Positions 22,627 to 36,499 of a DNA stretch of 64,000 nucleotides are shown one piece after another. Origin of the DNA: Paraphysomonas bandaiensis. Its lineage: Eukaryota; Protista; Chrysophyceae. The translations under genes were made by a program, and so were the position numbers. Below the pieces are notes generated by a model. It was not told the origin of the DNA and did not search any database. It saw only the letters and a program-made list of their open reading frames with translations. The DNA lies in NCBI GenBank assembly GCA_965644295.1, contig CBFFRP010000123.1, positions 62,001 through 126,000 of the forward strand. The letters run 5' to 3'. Every line of letters begins with the position of its first letter. Position 1 is the stretch's first letter.

Positions 22627-23502
22627 TGTAATAACCAGCTATCAGGTTATTCTATTCTACAAGCTCTCTATTGTATATGCTTAAGTTTGTACATACTATC
22701 TGTGCAAACATAGATTGAATATTATTATTATTACCATAACTCACACTGAGATATATGATGTATTATGACTATGACAATTCATGCTTATTATTGATATTTA
22801 CATAATCATTCAAAAGACAAAGAGAGACATGATTATCAATAATGAGACATAATGATGATACTGATGATGGATGATATATATATATGTTCTTATTATATAT
22901 ATATATTGACTTTAAGGCTGGAGAAGTTTACTGGAGAATTCCGGGTTTGATATCCACGCTGATAGATGTGTATTGCCAGATTATCCAGTAATACAGTTAT
23001 ACATTACGTATTTCCTTCAGTGCTTATTGGGGATTGATTGTACTAAGGAGTACGAATACCAGGCTTCAACTACAAAGAGAATACTGAATGTATCTTCCCT
23101 TATACAGTTGTGATGAGTTATTATGATCAACTGTGTTAGACTGATGTGTTTGGTATTGAATATGAATGATGTTCATTCCATTGATCACGGAATCGTAGGT
23201 AGACATATTTATATTATTGATAATAAGATGCAATTTCCTTACTCTTGAAATTGCTGGTAGATAGCATTGTAGTTGTAGACATATATTTGTTCATTGTGAT
23301 TTGATTATATTGTTATTATTATGGAGGAGGAGACTCTTGATAGCGCACAAGAGTCTACTAAATTCGAGTCAGTGAGAAGGACCCTCAGGCTTATGCTTGG
23401 AGGGTTAGACCCTTCCATTGCCAATGCCAGTGAGGATCAAATCCGGGATATAGGCTTGGCATTTGGGTTGTCTGAGATCGAATCAGAGACGTTGGTGTCT
23501 CA
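22627..23502 (+). repeat. 3' LTR (876 bp)
   Basis: Direct copy of 13226-14101, followed by TSD agtc. Confidence 0.95.
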
Positions 23503-24006
23503 AGTCAGACTGTATCGTCTTAGATGTTCTAAGTATGTGATTAATACATTAATGATACTGAGTATGGTAGGTTACGATTACTCAATTAGTATCCACTATC
23601 CACTATGCATCTTGGCTAATACAATGACTCTATGAGTACATGAGTACTAAATTATACATTATTTTAGTATATTGTGTATTGGATTTTATTGCAGTTGTAT
23701 TTGAGTTGTGAGTAGTAGAGTTATCGTATTATCTGAGTGCTACAGTTGAAGTTTACAAATCACCAACTCCTGGTTACTGTTGTCAAAGTGCAACTGTGCT
23801 ACCAGTATACCAGAGTGCACCTAGTCATTATGCCAGACAATCTCATATTAAGATCAGTTCACACGAAAAAGCATAACTGCGATATATAAGTCGATACATA
23901 TCGTCTAATTGGCTCAGTTAGATATCGCAAAAAAATACTAGCCCCCTTACTACTAATCACACATTTACAAACATTTATGTACAATACGCTACACAGTGAC
24001 CATAAA

Positions 24007-26555
24007 TTAGACATCACTACCTCTAGAAGATGTAACACGCCTACTTGTGTTTCTCTTACGGTCTTGTTCTCTGCGTAATCGTATCCTTTCCGCCTCCCAG
24101 TGTTCCGCAGCGAGATCTTTTCTCTCCTCTTTGAGCATTTCTCTTTTCAGTTTCGCCTGTTCAACCGCAGCTTTCGTCGTTATATCTTTTTCGAGCCATC
24201 TAGTGAGGACTCTTCTTGCTCGACCTATTGGCCCTCTCTTAAGGGCCGTGTTATACACTTTCTTCACACCCGATCCGAACTGCGTATATACGTCAACGCA
24301 CAGTAATTATGTAGAGGTATTGAACTAACCTTCGTGTTCCAGTCAAGAATCATATACATGAACTCTTTGAAACTCAGATATCCTTTTCCCTCTTTGTCAA
24401 ATTCATCTAGAATTTCCTACCACCATACTACAGTAAATATGTGTGTATTGCGAATATAAATGTAATGCTTGCACCTGTAGCTCATCTTCGTCTAACATAT
24501 ATCCCAGAGTTACCATTACAACCTTCAGTTCGTCGATATCTAGGGTCCCCTTACAAGTAGGGTCTAATTCCATAAACGTGTCTTGGTATGGTTGCATCTG
24601 CTTCTTGCTCATATTAAACGCCCGCCAGTCCTCTTCATTCAGCTGAGTAAGAAAAAATTACATGCAGGCAATACGTGATGTCATACTCATGCACCTGGTC
24701 AAGTAAGTAGTCCTGATCTCGACGGTTCTCAACAATTAACTGTAAGTATTCTTCAACAAGCCCTGTATAATGGAGATATACGGAACAGCGATGAGAATCC
24801 TACTACATACTACAAGCTTTAGTCTTACCTCCATATTCCTCACCAACACGTCGTGGTATGTTGTCTTCAGTAGCGAATAAGTACGCTCTAAGATATAACG
24901 AACAATATCACCCCAACAAGATATGTATACTACACACTGTACCTGGAAGAAGGGATCATACTGTTCACTTTAGGTATATCGAACACTCGCAAGGCCTTAA
25001 CAATAACTACAGCCAACCCCCTGTAAACACGTTAATCACTTGATTCATTACTCGAAATACGGCCTGACCTTATGACCTCATCATTACTGAGTACAAGCTT
25101 CATAAGTGTACTCAGCCCATTTTCCATTGCCAAGAACATCTACATACAGCCGTGCATGATTCTCACACAAGTAGACTAATTATCATAGAAACGGGTTCTA
25201 CCTTCGGGACATCAGGGTGAGATAGAAGGGAAAGCACGGCAACAAGTGGTGCCTCTTGCAGCTCTGAATACATATATCAACTGTACGTCCTAGTCGTTAT
25301 ATGTGCAATACACACCATCATTTTTGTCATTAATCACATCAAGCAAATAGTTCATGACATTGTTCTCCATTAGATGCATTTGATTTGACGGGGATCTGTA
25401 TAACACACATATACATTTGGCACAAAGGTTTTTTGTGCTCCAAGGACCCTCTTTAAGTAATCGTATAATTTCATCGATATTCTCAGTCACGAATCTTTCC
25501 TCATTAGCAGGGTACTTGTTGTGTAGTTTTAGCATCATCTGTACCACTGTTAGTTGAGCGGGGATAGTTCCACTCCTCAGTTCACGTGCCATTCCACTCA
25601 GCACCGCCTCTGTAGGTATCTTCGACTGGATTTCTTCAGATCGGCTCATCCAATGCAAACCGTAGAGAGCTTTCTCACGAATCTATATACGTAGGAAAAT
25701 CAAACAATTTTCAAAAAATTTCCATAACATACCGAATCTTGTGCTAGACAGTTTGTCTGGTGGAGGCACTTCTCAAGCAATTCCAGAGCCCCTTGCATGA
25801 AAACACGAGCAGCAATCTCCGGTACCCTACCATACAATGTGGTCAAGTTCTGACATGGAGGATAATAGTTTATGGGTATGATACCTGCTCATTTGTACAA
25901 TTGATCCTAATCCGGCCAGAACACAAGCCTCATTCGTAGTGTCATCAAGGGCAACATTAAGTAATGGCTTCACGCATCCGTTGGTAAACATTAGTTTGCA
26001 TATCTCCAACTCTTTACTGACCATGGCACATATACCAGAAGCGATAGTTTTCAGAGGTACATCACCAAAGCGTAGTATAACCACAACGTAACGAAGGATG
26101 CCTACACGTACCACTTTCCATGGATAATATCTTCCTATTTCTCTAAAACATGCACTGCAATGTTCTACAATTGTTCTGTGAGTTGATTGTGTCACCAGAT
26201 CAACCTTCTTTCCCGTCAATAGTTTCTGAAATATTTTCGACATCACCTGTAACCCTCCTAAATCCATGAACTCCATCATACAACTACGACTTGGCATTAA
26301 TGTACGTAAACTTTGTGCTGCTTTACCAGCAACAGGATGATCAATATCATTCCATAATAAATCCATTAAAGGACCTATTCCATTACTCAATCCTTTCAGT
26401 TCTGGTGGTTTCATTGTCTTAGCATGAATAGAAAAAGAATTAGCAGCTGATGTTGCTAATATATAATTCTTTCCAGTAACTCCGATCGGTAATGAGGCTG
26501 CTAGTGATAACTCTAATATAAGATCATCTAATGTATCAGCTTCACCTGTAGCCAT
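24007..26555 (-). CDS. Armadillo-repeat protein with C-terminal EF-hand pair (about 11 exons)
   Basis: ARM-like helical repeats (GIGPLMDLL, GCVKPLLNVA); exons appear to chain via GT-AG introns to FMELDPTCKGTLDIDEL and FDKEGKGYLSFKEF, then a charged tail. Confidence 0.65.
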
Positions 26556-27049
26556 ATTATTATTGTTGTTTATATTTAAATTATCAACATGAAAAGTTTA
26601 ATATATAAATAGATTGATGTGAGGTGTATATGTCGGTGATGTATGTTCCATTCTCAGTTACTATTAACGCATATATACATATATACATACATACGAGTGT
26701 GGACGTATGTATACCATATACATATATATGTGCATATCATACATTGCTGTGTGGAGTTAACTGTGATCTACATACTGTACATACAGGCGTGTACAAAAAT
26801 ATGGACAACTGTTACATATTCCTACCACATTGTAGTACAATAATACACCAGGGTATTGTACTGTATTATCACAGTCCTGTACAGACATGACCATCAGCAG
26901 ATTGATTCGTAATCATGCTATGTATACATACGTGCATACATACGCAGAGCAGTAGCACTCTAATCTAATGCACCAGTAGGATAAACACCCACAGGAGATA
27001 CATCGCTACTTCCTGGTTCGTAATCTTTATATTGCATATAATTGAAAGT

Positions 27050-27472
27050 ATGGTGAAAACATCAAGTATGCTTGATATTGTGGCAGTAGGGTCATTACTG
27101 ATCTATGCACTACACTCTCTTGTATCTGCATATATCCATGTGTTTACTGAAGTGAATTGGTTCGATAATGACCCACCAGAGTTCTTGTGGGCAATTGCTG
27201 CACTCGGAAATAAACAATTTTTTATTGCGTTTCTTGATTTGGCAGTTGTTTTAAATATATGCGATACAAGACGTCTTGTCGGCCCCTTATTATTGTTACA
27301 TGTATCCATGACTGCGCTCTATATCGGCTCTGCCTTCATCAATGGACGCCACCTGCACGACGTTGCGCCGACTAGTCCGGGTGTAAAAGCTCCTTACGTT
27401 TTATTCGTCGTGTGTCTCATAGGATTTTTGGCGTCTACTGTCAAGAAAACATCGGCTAAGAAGAAATCATGA
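27050..27472 (+). CDS. Small multi-pass membrane protein with KKS C terminus (possible ER retrieval signal)
   Basis: 140-aa ORF with about four hydrophobic segments, ending AKKKS. Confidence 0.6.
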   Translation: MVKTSSMLDIVAVGSLLIYALHSLVSAYIHVFTEVNWFDNDPPEFLWAIAALGNKQFFIAFLDLAVVLNICDTRRLVGPLLLLHVSMTALYIGSAFINGRHLHDVAPTSPGVKAPYVLFVVCLIGFLASTVKKTSAKKKS

Positions 27473-28059
27473 GTAACCATTGCGTAACTTTCAAACATTT
27501 ATCTGAAAGAAAAATGCTCTTGTTATCAATTATTGTTGGTAGTTACACGAAAGTTATCCCCTCTTGGTAATAATAGCAGCGAAATATTCACCCTTACGAG
27601 TTATATTTATATATTTATCACGAAACCTGTGTCATAACTCGGAGCACAGTACGGTCCAAAGTCCTACAAGTTGATAATCTTTAAAAATTCATGCTGTGAA
27701 AATATAACATGTCGCAGGAAACATTTGTTCTGTATTAGTGTCATTATACTACTACAATTCGTAATGTTGAAAGTTAATATTACGTTTATCTAAAGTTTAC
27801 GAAAAATATCATATCGGTGGTATTCTGTATTCTGTAGTCTGTACGAATATTAGCTTCCAATTGACAAGTAAAATGGAAAGATAGAACAAAGAATGTTGTG
27901 TGATCACAAAATTGTTCAAGAATAAGAAAACAGGTCAAAAAAGTGAACTTCTCGTTTATTACGTGAATATCATCACATTCATCCAAGAACGCCATGTAAA
28001 GCCAAGAAAATACAGCAACAGAGGAGATACATATAGTGTGTGGAAGCTCCCTTAAGCTA

Positions 28060-29092
28060 CTAAATCCCTTCCGAATCAACCTTTCTGGACTTCCCGTGCC
28101 CTGATACTGCTGCATTAAGGGTCGCCACGTGCGACGCACTTTGAATGGGGCCATCAGAATTGGTTCTGATAGAATTTACAACCTCACGGGTTTTGAGGAT
28201 ATAGAGCTCGTTCATATTGGAGCGCATATCACTTTCCTGCTCCTCAATCAATCGACCAATGTTCGCAAGATGAGTATTTTCAGCGTTGTCTAATGTGCAG
28301 GTAGACTCCACTTGCCGTGTAAGGGAACCCGACATATTAGTGTTCCCCACCTGTTCCTTTGCCACGCTCATGCTTAGCATTACTGTGGTCGTGAGCTTGT
28401 AGGAGGCACTGTTCGGGGATGTGTTCACTACTTCCACGACATGGATAGAGTCCCAACAACCACTGTTCACAAACCTATTGTTTTGAACACCTGCAAAAAG
28501 TGGATGTAAGTGGATGAGTTCCCGACATCACAATATGTTCGTACTTTTCTTTATCAGGAAGCACCCGGCAAACCCATTGGGCAGGTCCCAAAGATACACG
28601 GAGGAAGTGCCCCCCTCAAAATACAACTCTCTATAAGAATCAAATAGCTCATTGGCTTCAATTTCCATCGCTCTCAGCTTTTCAGATGGCAAGAAACCAT
28701 CTTCTAAAGGGGGGAAATATTTGTTCGTCCATGGGGACCTGGAGAAGAGTAATCTGTATTACAATCATAAATAAAGTACGTCATACCTGTAGGAATCACC
28801 GTCACGATTATAGTCGCATAGTAAATACGCTCTCCCCTATATAATGATATTAGAGGTAAACACAGGAAGGGTCAAGACATACGGAGTCTGGGTCCTGGGC
28901 TTCTTCTAGGGGCTGATCGACCCTCTGTAGTAATTCATCTGTTTCTTCAGGTAACAAATTCAGCAATCCACTTAAACTTTGTTCAATTTTATTTGGTGGT
29001 AGTCTTCTCATTAATGCTAGACTGCATGATATCTGCGGCATAGATGAGCTGTTGTATTGTTAAGGTTTCTAGCAAATAAATACCTTATCCAT
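28060..29092 (-). CDS. CAPZB: F-actin capping protein beta subunit (multi-exon)
   Basis: [29 protein letters not shown]|[52 protein letters not shown]. Confidence 0.96.
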
Positions 29093-31313
29093 GATGAAAC
29101 TCGTAAATAGTGCACAAAAAATAGTACTAAATATCAAAGAACTAGTGTGTGATATCCCTCTGGTGGAGATACACCTGATGATGCAACAATCTTTCGATTG
29201 AATAATGCCAGTGATGCTCTGCTGCAGGTAGACTTGGCAAATGGCATGGCTCCATATACAGCAGTATTATATCGACATGCATACATACATAGTACGTACA
29301 GTGTACTGTACATGGCTGCCAGGCAAAAAAAATCGCCCTTTTTTTGGTTGTTTGACAATATACTGTATACAGCTAAAAACCTGGGAATTGTTGCCTTATC
29401 GACTTTTTACCCACCCGCAGATACACACAGCATACACTTTTTGTACAATTCTCTAATTATTTTCTTCAAAAAATCACCAAGAATTGATGATACACATTCC
29501 CAGCTTCGTTGTGTACATTTTAAGAGGCGTCACATACACTGGAAAAAAGTGTGTATGGTTGTTGTTGCTTCATTCTTGTATGGAATACTCTGAAGACAAC
29601 GTATACAGGTACTCTCTTACATACTATTAACTCAGCAATATATGAAAATACTGAAGTAAAGTATACGATTTTGAATAGAAGTAGAAAGAAGAGTGGATCG
29701 AAGTAGAAGTTCATTCTTCTGTCCAATGAAATGTAAGATATTCTCACATACTAATTGAAGGCTATAAGGATCTCTCATACATATATATACATATACTCAT
29801 ATATATATATATGTATAGTAGTAGATGGTATATACTCTGTGCTGATGTAGCCTTCAAAGATGTGATAGAGGAGGAGCAGCAGGGACTTCATCACATATAT
29901 ATACATATATATACACACACAATAGACCATAACATCTAACAGATTGCTAAACCTAATGGAAATAGAAGAGATCTCCGCAGTAGTCATAAGAATATGGGTG
30001 TCTCCAATAGAGGAAATTAATATCGAGCTACGGTCACAGTGTTACTCTTATAGAGCTGTAGTGAGAGAAGTTGAGTGTGGTATCTAGATATATGCACATA
30101 GTACGTATGAGGGAAGATTGGTGAAGTACTTGGAAGAAATGTGTTGGTACTTCCGTGAATTGAATGGGTATGTACTGGCGTGCAGTATCAATATGTAGAG
30201 ACGTACATATATGTATGTATGCATGTATGTACAGCAGGTGTACAGGTATTGTACATCATATGAGAGATTATGAAGTTAGTGCGATGCGGTGGACTCATAA
30301 TCTTCAATAGATATGACGTACAGTAGAATCCATAAACTAACATACATCCTCATATAGCAAACCCCATACGCACTGCCTTTGTCCTACCCCCCATGAAACT
30401 CTCTATTAAACCATACCTCATTGTCCCTAGTTTAATCACATGTACAGCTGCTGTATGTATATACGTATATACTTCAGTATGGAAACATGAGGATCACTGG
30501 ACACATCGTCACACTTGACAAGGACTCCAATTAGTCATAGCCATAACGGAGGAGACCCAGCTATCATTCGGCCTTCGGTCTAGGCAGTATCTATTATCAT
30601 GATAGTGGACATGATAGTGGACTATACAGTATAACAGTGACTACGAAAGCGTGGAGAATGGGTTAGGTGCTCCATCTGATGCGATGATATATCCCTCTGA
30701 TGTATAAATCAACTTTCTATTTCTTCGCCACAGACTCTACGGCAGAGCCTCAAAGATGAAGCGACATCAGCTAGAGTTCAAAGCTAGAGACAGAGTCGGG
30801 AGCGCTGAAGCTTTTAAGGTTTAGATCGAGAACACCTGAAGGAACTGGCTAGACCAAAGTGTCGATGAAGGCCAGAATAGCAGAAAGGTTGACTGCACTG
30901 CATATTATAGAGGAAACCATGTTGATGGAGATAACATTCGAACGAAACTCTGCATTAATAGCTCCCTATGGACAGGCTGTGTGTGATGATGTGGCAGAAG
31001 TTATCATTGAATATATATCCTGAATTGGTAATTCACATTGAGAGCATCGTGAATTGCATGGACGGGAAATGCCCCCGTCATTGCCTTTTGGACCTTTCAC
31101 AGCTGCGAGTTAACGGTTAACGCTGTATAAGACCATTTAAAGGCTGTGGAGAGTGGAGAGTATGAATAAGCTTTTACCAAGGGGCCAAGGGGTTGGGGTT
31201 AAACTCGTTCATCCTACACTGGGTGCTATAAAACTCGTTCAAGTATTTCCTGAGGAAATACATTATGAAATGTAGAAATGTTTATTAGATATATTAGGTT
31301 TATTTACCTAAGG

Positions 31314-32840
31314 CAGGGCCTGGTAAGCATTAATGGCCCATTAATGGTAGTCCAGTTCCCGGTAATTATATAGGCATTAATGAAAAATGTCCTGGCAATT
31401 ATAATGGCCATTAAAAGCTACTGACTTAAAAGTAGATAATACCGCTCATAATAATAGATAGTATACTAATTTTTAATTAAATAGCAGACTACAAATTGTA
31501 ACTACTTCTTATAGCAGTATATCAAATAACTGGCGGGCTTTTGATACAAATTGATTCCATCTCTTTGTAAGGCGAGCGTAACACTCTGTAACTTTTCAAG
31601 TTGCGTCAAATATTGTTTCAGCTTTCAAAAGTTAGCTGGAGTTAGAATATGGAGTAAGGAGATACTTTCATTCTTATAAAAGACAATAAATCGCCTCCGT
31701 GAAGTATTTCATTTCCCAAAATTCTCTCGAGTTCCTCGCGCCAAGAAAAATCCGCATGTTTGGTGCCCTTCTTAACTATATGATTCACACAAGTCGTGTA
31801 ACCTCGCTGTATATCTTGTTTGAGGCGATCATTGCACAGCGAACAAATATGATACAGAGCACCGAGAGGATTCTCTCAATCTACTTGGAAGAAGACTCAG
31901 ACTGTAAATTACAGGGCTGCGTATCAATTAATTGTCAATTAATTGACGCAGGTTGTAGTCAATTATAATTGCAATTATTACTTGCTGTCTCAATTTCAAC
32001 TATTGCAATTAACTGCAATTAATTGCAATTAATTGCAATTATTTAGTAGTAAAATACACTAGCTGCAAATATAGCTACCTCAACTGTCTTTTCATTCCAG
32101 AGGCAACGACTCATGCGTAATAACATAATTAGCACTAAATGTTGAGGAGTCAAGCTCTTGAGCAAGCCCGTCATAACAATCGTAGCTCTACTGAACAACC
32201 TTATTGGTTGTGCTATGCAAGTGTTTCATCCGTAACGAGTTTGCTGGTTAAGTCTTGCTCGCTTCCGCTGCCTGCTACCATCAAACAAACGTTGCGCTGC
32301 GTCGTCATTCGGAGCTAGACTCACACCGTTATAATCTTCTTCTTCCTCATCGAACAAATATATTTTAGTTTGATCCTTTGCCGTCCGAGTTACGGCTTCG
32401 TTGCCACATTGAATCTTCACGACTGCCTTTTCGAAAGCAGCGTTATGAATAATAGCAGCACTGTCGCCCAGATGACGCTCAACAATCGGGTGCATTATGA
32501 AGGGTTCGTCAATCAATGTGCAAACGTCGTGGAAGTCAAGCTGGTGTTAACCTTACTTCTGTAATTGTACAACACTTATTTTTATAATACAGGGCATAAT
32601 ATACATGTATATACTCTGTATATAGGTGGATAGTCCTACAATTGGACTTTTAACACATCGGAACCAAACTCGAATGATCGCATATGATTAGATAGAAGCA
32701 AGTAGCGATCAATATTCTATATTTTCATAAAACCACTCAGTTCTATATATAGCTGTACAGGTCATTAATGACCGGCAATTATAATGGCATTACCATTAAT
32801 GGCCCATAATGCCATTACCATTAACGGTTACCAGGCCCTG
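31314..32840 (-). mobile_element. Decayed hAT DNA transposon with transposase fragments
   Basis: TIRs cagggcctggtaa / ttaccaggccctg with subterminal ccattaatgg repeats; 8-bp TSD acctaagg / acctgagg; fragments HLGDSAAIIHNAAFEKAVVKIQ and LFSRATIVMTGLLKSLTPQHLVLIMLLRMSRCLW. Confidence 0.85.
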
Positions 32841-33277
32841 ACCTGAGGGATAATGAGTCTACAGTATTAAGTAGAGAATAGCTAAGTAGCACTTGTGGTG
32901 ATAAGCAGTAATCATAATTGGCTGAATGACTTATTAGCTTCTAACTTTAGTGTTGTTTGAAGAAATGGCGTATTCTAGATAGATGGTAAGCGACAATAGT
33001 CTCCGTAGAGAGATATAACACATGGTAGGAAGAATTACATGTATTATACATATCACATTGTAGTAGTATACTCTTTCTCTTATCTCAGTGCTACATTGAG
33101 AGTGCAGACCTCTTGTGGTTTCCATCTCAGTTAAGCATGCGCCAAGGTAGATAAAGTGAGAAATCGCAACCCTAATAAACATTTCAAATCCACGATATTC
33201 CTACGACATTCAAAGAATGATGAATACTGTAGGCATAACTATGCCAGAAATATGTCACAAATAAACGACAATATACT

Positions 33278-36200
33278 TCAATTCAATCGTTCTCGTCCAC
33301 TCCTGTAGTTGTGGACCGTTGCCTCAAGGTCTTCAATCACCAAAGGCTTAGCAAGAATGGCATTAGCCCCCGCTGAAAGAAACATCTCCACATCAGAGGG
33401 CATCATATTACCGGTAACCCCGACAATCAGTCCGGCATATCCGGCTTCACGCATCATGCGTGTGGCAGTAGGACCATCAATCGTTGGTAAGACAAAATCC
33501 ATAAGAATGACATCAAAGCCTATTTTGAGTTTGTTGAAGTATGGTGGTTGTTCCTTCAACTCACTCCCATTGACGATATCAGAGACATTTACAGAAATAT
33601 CATTGAGTCTAGCCACTGCAGCAATCGCTTCACTGCCGTCTTCGACTACATCACACTTCGCTCCTTTGGCAGAGAGGATTTTAGATACAATCTTTCGAAT
33701 CATAAGAGCGTCATCCACAATTAGAACCTTGAGATCACGTAGAATGTCAGGAGGAGTATCGGAATTCTGGGAATTAACTCGACTTGTATAAATCCTATCT
33801 GGAGGAGAGGTCTCCTTTTCCGGAATTCCCTCCACGACGTTGCACGGGGATGGGGGTTCATTGACCACTTCACAAGGTTGTTGTACATCCATTCCTACAG
33901 CATCACAGTCCTCTTCACTTGATTTAATAACATACACAGGAAGTCTCACGAAAAATGTACAGCCCTTTCCAATACCCTCTGAATGAACGCCAACCTTTCC
34001 TTTGTGTAAACTGACAATTCCATGGGAAACTACCGATACAAGTTACTATAAATAACAATGCAAAAATATATACTTACTCCACAGCCCTAAACCTGACCCT
34101 TCTCCAGACTGTAGTTCGTTGGGTGAAAATTGTACAATCTCTTTGAATACCTTTTCTTGGTTCTCCTCCGATATACCAACTCCGGTGTCAATGAACTGGA
34201 TACATAGCATGCCATTTCGTTGGTACTCGTGCTTGTTGTCTGTTATGTACATCTCTGGTCCATCGTCATCATCCTCCAGCGGTTCATCAACTATCGAATC
34301 ATCTGCATATATCTCCACCGTCACATTCCCACCAGCAGGAGTAAACTTTAGCGCGTTAGAAGTCATATTACGAATGACCTGACAGCTATATAAACAAGAA
34401 TAGAGAAATACATCATTTGAAAACCTGACTCATTTTGCTAGGATCCACGTGAATATAAAGTGAGTCAGGGTCATCTACTTTGCATTTAACATTGAAATTC
34501 ACGCTACGATGCTTCGCCTGCATCCAAAAACAGTTTAGACATATGCGTGTAGCCTATATGCATACGCACCTTCAGCACAAAGGGGCGCAAAGTGTTCGTA
34601 ACGAATGATACGGCTGGCATGACATCTCTAAAGAGCTTCATTATTCCTGTAGATTCATGCGATCAGATACTATTATAACATACGTACTATCACATATACC
34701 GGATTCAAGCTTTTCGTACGAGAGCAGATCATTAAGTATCGTGACGGCGATACCAATTGACTCCTGACACTCCTTGATGCTGTTGATACACTCCTCACCA
34801 GCCCCTAACTTGGCCACTTCCTCCTCAACGACCATAAGTCCAAGTTTAGAAACCGTTAAAGGTGTGCGAATCTCGTGACTGCATTCGGTGGAACATAAGA
34901 TATCATATATAAACCAATATAAAACTTACCTGACGTAACGAACAAATGCACGCTTAGTGTGTAGAGATGTCTCCGCACTCTCTGCGGCCTGCTGCATAAG
35001 CATCATACTGTTCTTTCGCTCGTCCTCCAATTGTTGACTCATAGTTGCCAATCGATAACCCTGCTCAGTCTCGGAGTACAAATGCTCTTGCACCAAAACC
35101 ATCTGCAGTCGACAATCATTTGTCGAAAGGTCGTTCACTTTAACGCCTTGTCTTGTCATGTCAGACAGGTTTGAGACGTTTGGAGTGCACAGCAGTGTTG
35201 CTATCGAAAAATCTTGGTCGAAAAGAATCTGCCCAATTAGTCTAAAGCTCTCAGTAGCCCCAGGTCTTGGTTCCAGAAGTGAAACAAGTGACAGCTGCTC
35301 CCCATGCATACGCCCTGCCCAAGTTTCCCAGTCATTCCATCCCAGACCTTTGTCCTGAGGTTCGAAAAGCTCACCCATACGTCGACCAACTACTTTATTC
35401 CCCATAAAATCACCCACTTTCTCCCCAGCTTGCAGCACCAACAAATTCCTGTCAAATACAATATGATAGGGAAAGGCCTCAGCAAGTTGTGTGCCACTGA
35501 GTCCCCACCGCATACCAGAATTGCGCGCCTGCTCACTCTCCGATCGAGGACGTTTTGATAGACGACAGGAAGGGGGAGAATATGTTGATAAAGCACTTGT
35601 ATCACGTGTAGTTCGTTTATTAACATTGCAGTTACTACAAAGCTGTGAAAGGGGTGTCGCAGGAAGAAGGGCTGCTGCTAGAGCATCTTGACTAAGAGTA
35701 TACGCGCCGGATTTCATATATCCGCTATCAAGGCCCTCCCCGCCACGTTGTGAGAAAGGACACTGAGAAATTGATTCCAGAATATCAACGGGGTCCTTAT
35801 GATCGTCCATGGCTTCTGACATTTCTGGGCTGCTGCCATTTAAGCTAGGAGAGCAATTTGACACAGAATTACTGTCTACGGTTCCTATCTCTTGTATGCG
35901 CCATACAGTGAACTCTGACCCGTCTACATCCTGTGTGGCCTCCCGAACCATATTCACCTTAAGTTTAAAGTAACTTCTTGCGACTTCTTTCACTATACCC
36001 ACAACTGTAGGCGCCAATCGGGAACCACGATGACTCTTATATTGAAGAATAAGATCTCCTGTATCATTATGACAAGTACACCTATACATATATCAATAAA
36101 ATAAATATATATTCTAATTATAATCCTTACATACCAGAATTGAGGGGGGATCATCTTAGGTAATGCCCCTGAAAGATGTGAATGAAGATGATTCACATTA

Positions 36201-36499
36201 CAAAGCCATGAATGAAGATCACTACCAAGACACTTTAAGAGATTATCATATCCTTCATCTTTCACATATTGTATAAAATATCCTCCATATATCTCAAGTA
36301 ATTGTTCAGTAGTTATACCAAGAACTATACTAGCTGAATGGATAATATTGTATGTATATTCATCTGGATAATACTCATAACGCACCCAGTCATATCCTTT
36401 ATCATCTAGACCCGCTTTACGAAGTATAACATCCCATGTATCTTTACCATAACGTGATATAATTAGACTGCCAATACTACGATTAATCCAACCATACAT
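33278..36499 (-). CDS. Hybrid sensor histidine kinase: H-NOX + HNOBA/PAS + HisKA + HATPase + receiver
   Basis: MYGWIN..YG.DTW, NHLHSHL, YKSHR (H-NOX); AFPYHIVFDRNL (HNOBA); FVRYV|SHEIRTPL; NALKFT, DTGVG, GSGLGL, GKGCTF; LIVDD, LMDFVLP, AKPL. Confidence 0.92.

Larger units (their letters stand above)
13226..23502 (+). mobile_element. Full-length Ty3/Gypsy-type LTR retrotransposon (10.3 kb) encoding a SET domain
   Basis: Two 876-bp TG...CA LTRs; 4-bp TSD agtc (13222-13225, 23503-23506); polypurine tract; PR-RT-RH-(SET)-IN domain order. Confidence 0.96.

Noticed and set aside
23321-23635. ORF identical to the start of Gag, as a separate host gene
   Set aside because: It is the 3' LTR copy of the gag start running into flanking DNA
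30300-31260. Coding-like composition, possible pseudogene
   Set aside because: All frames are interrupted and no family motif was recognised
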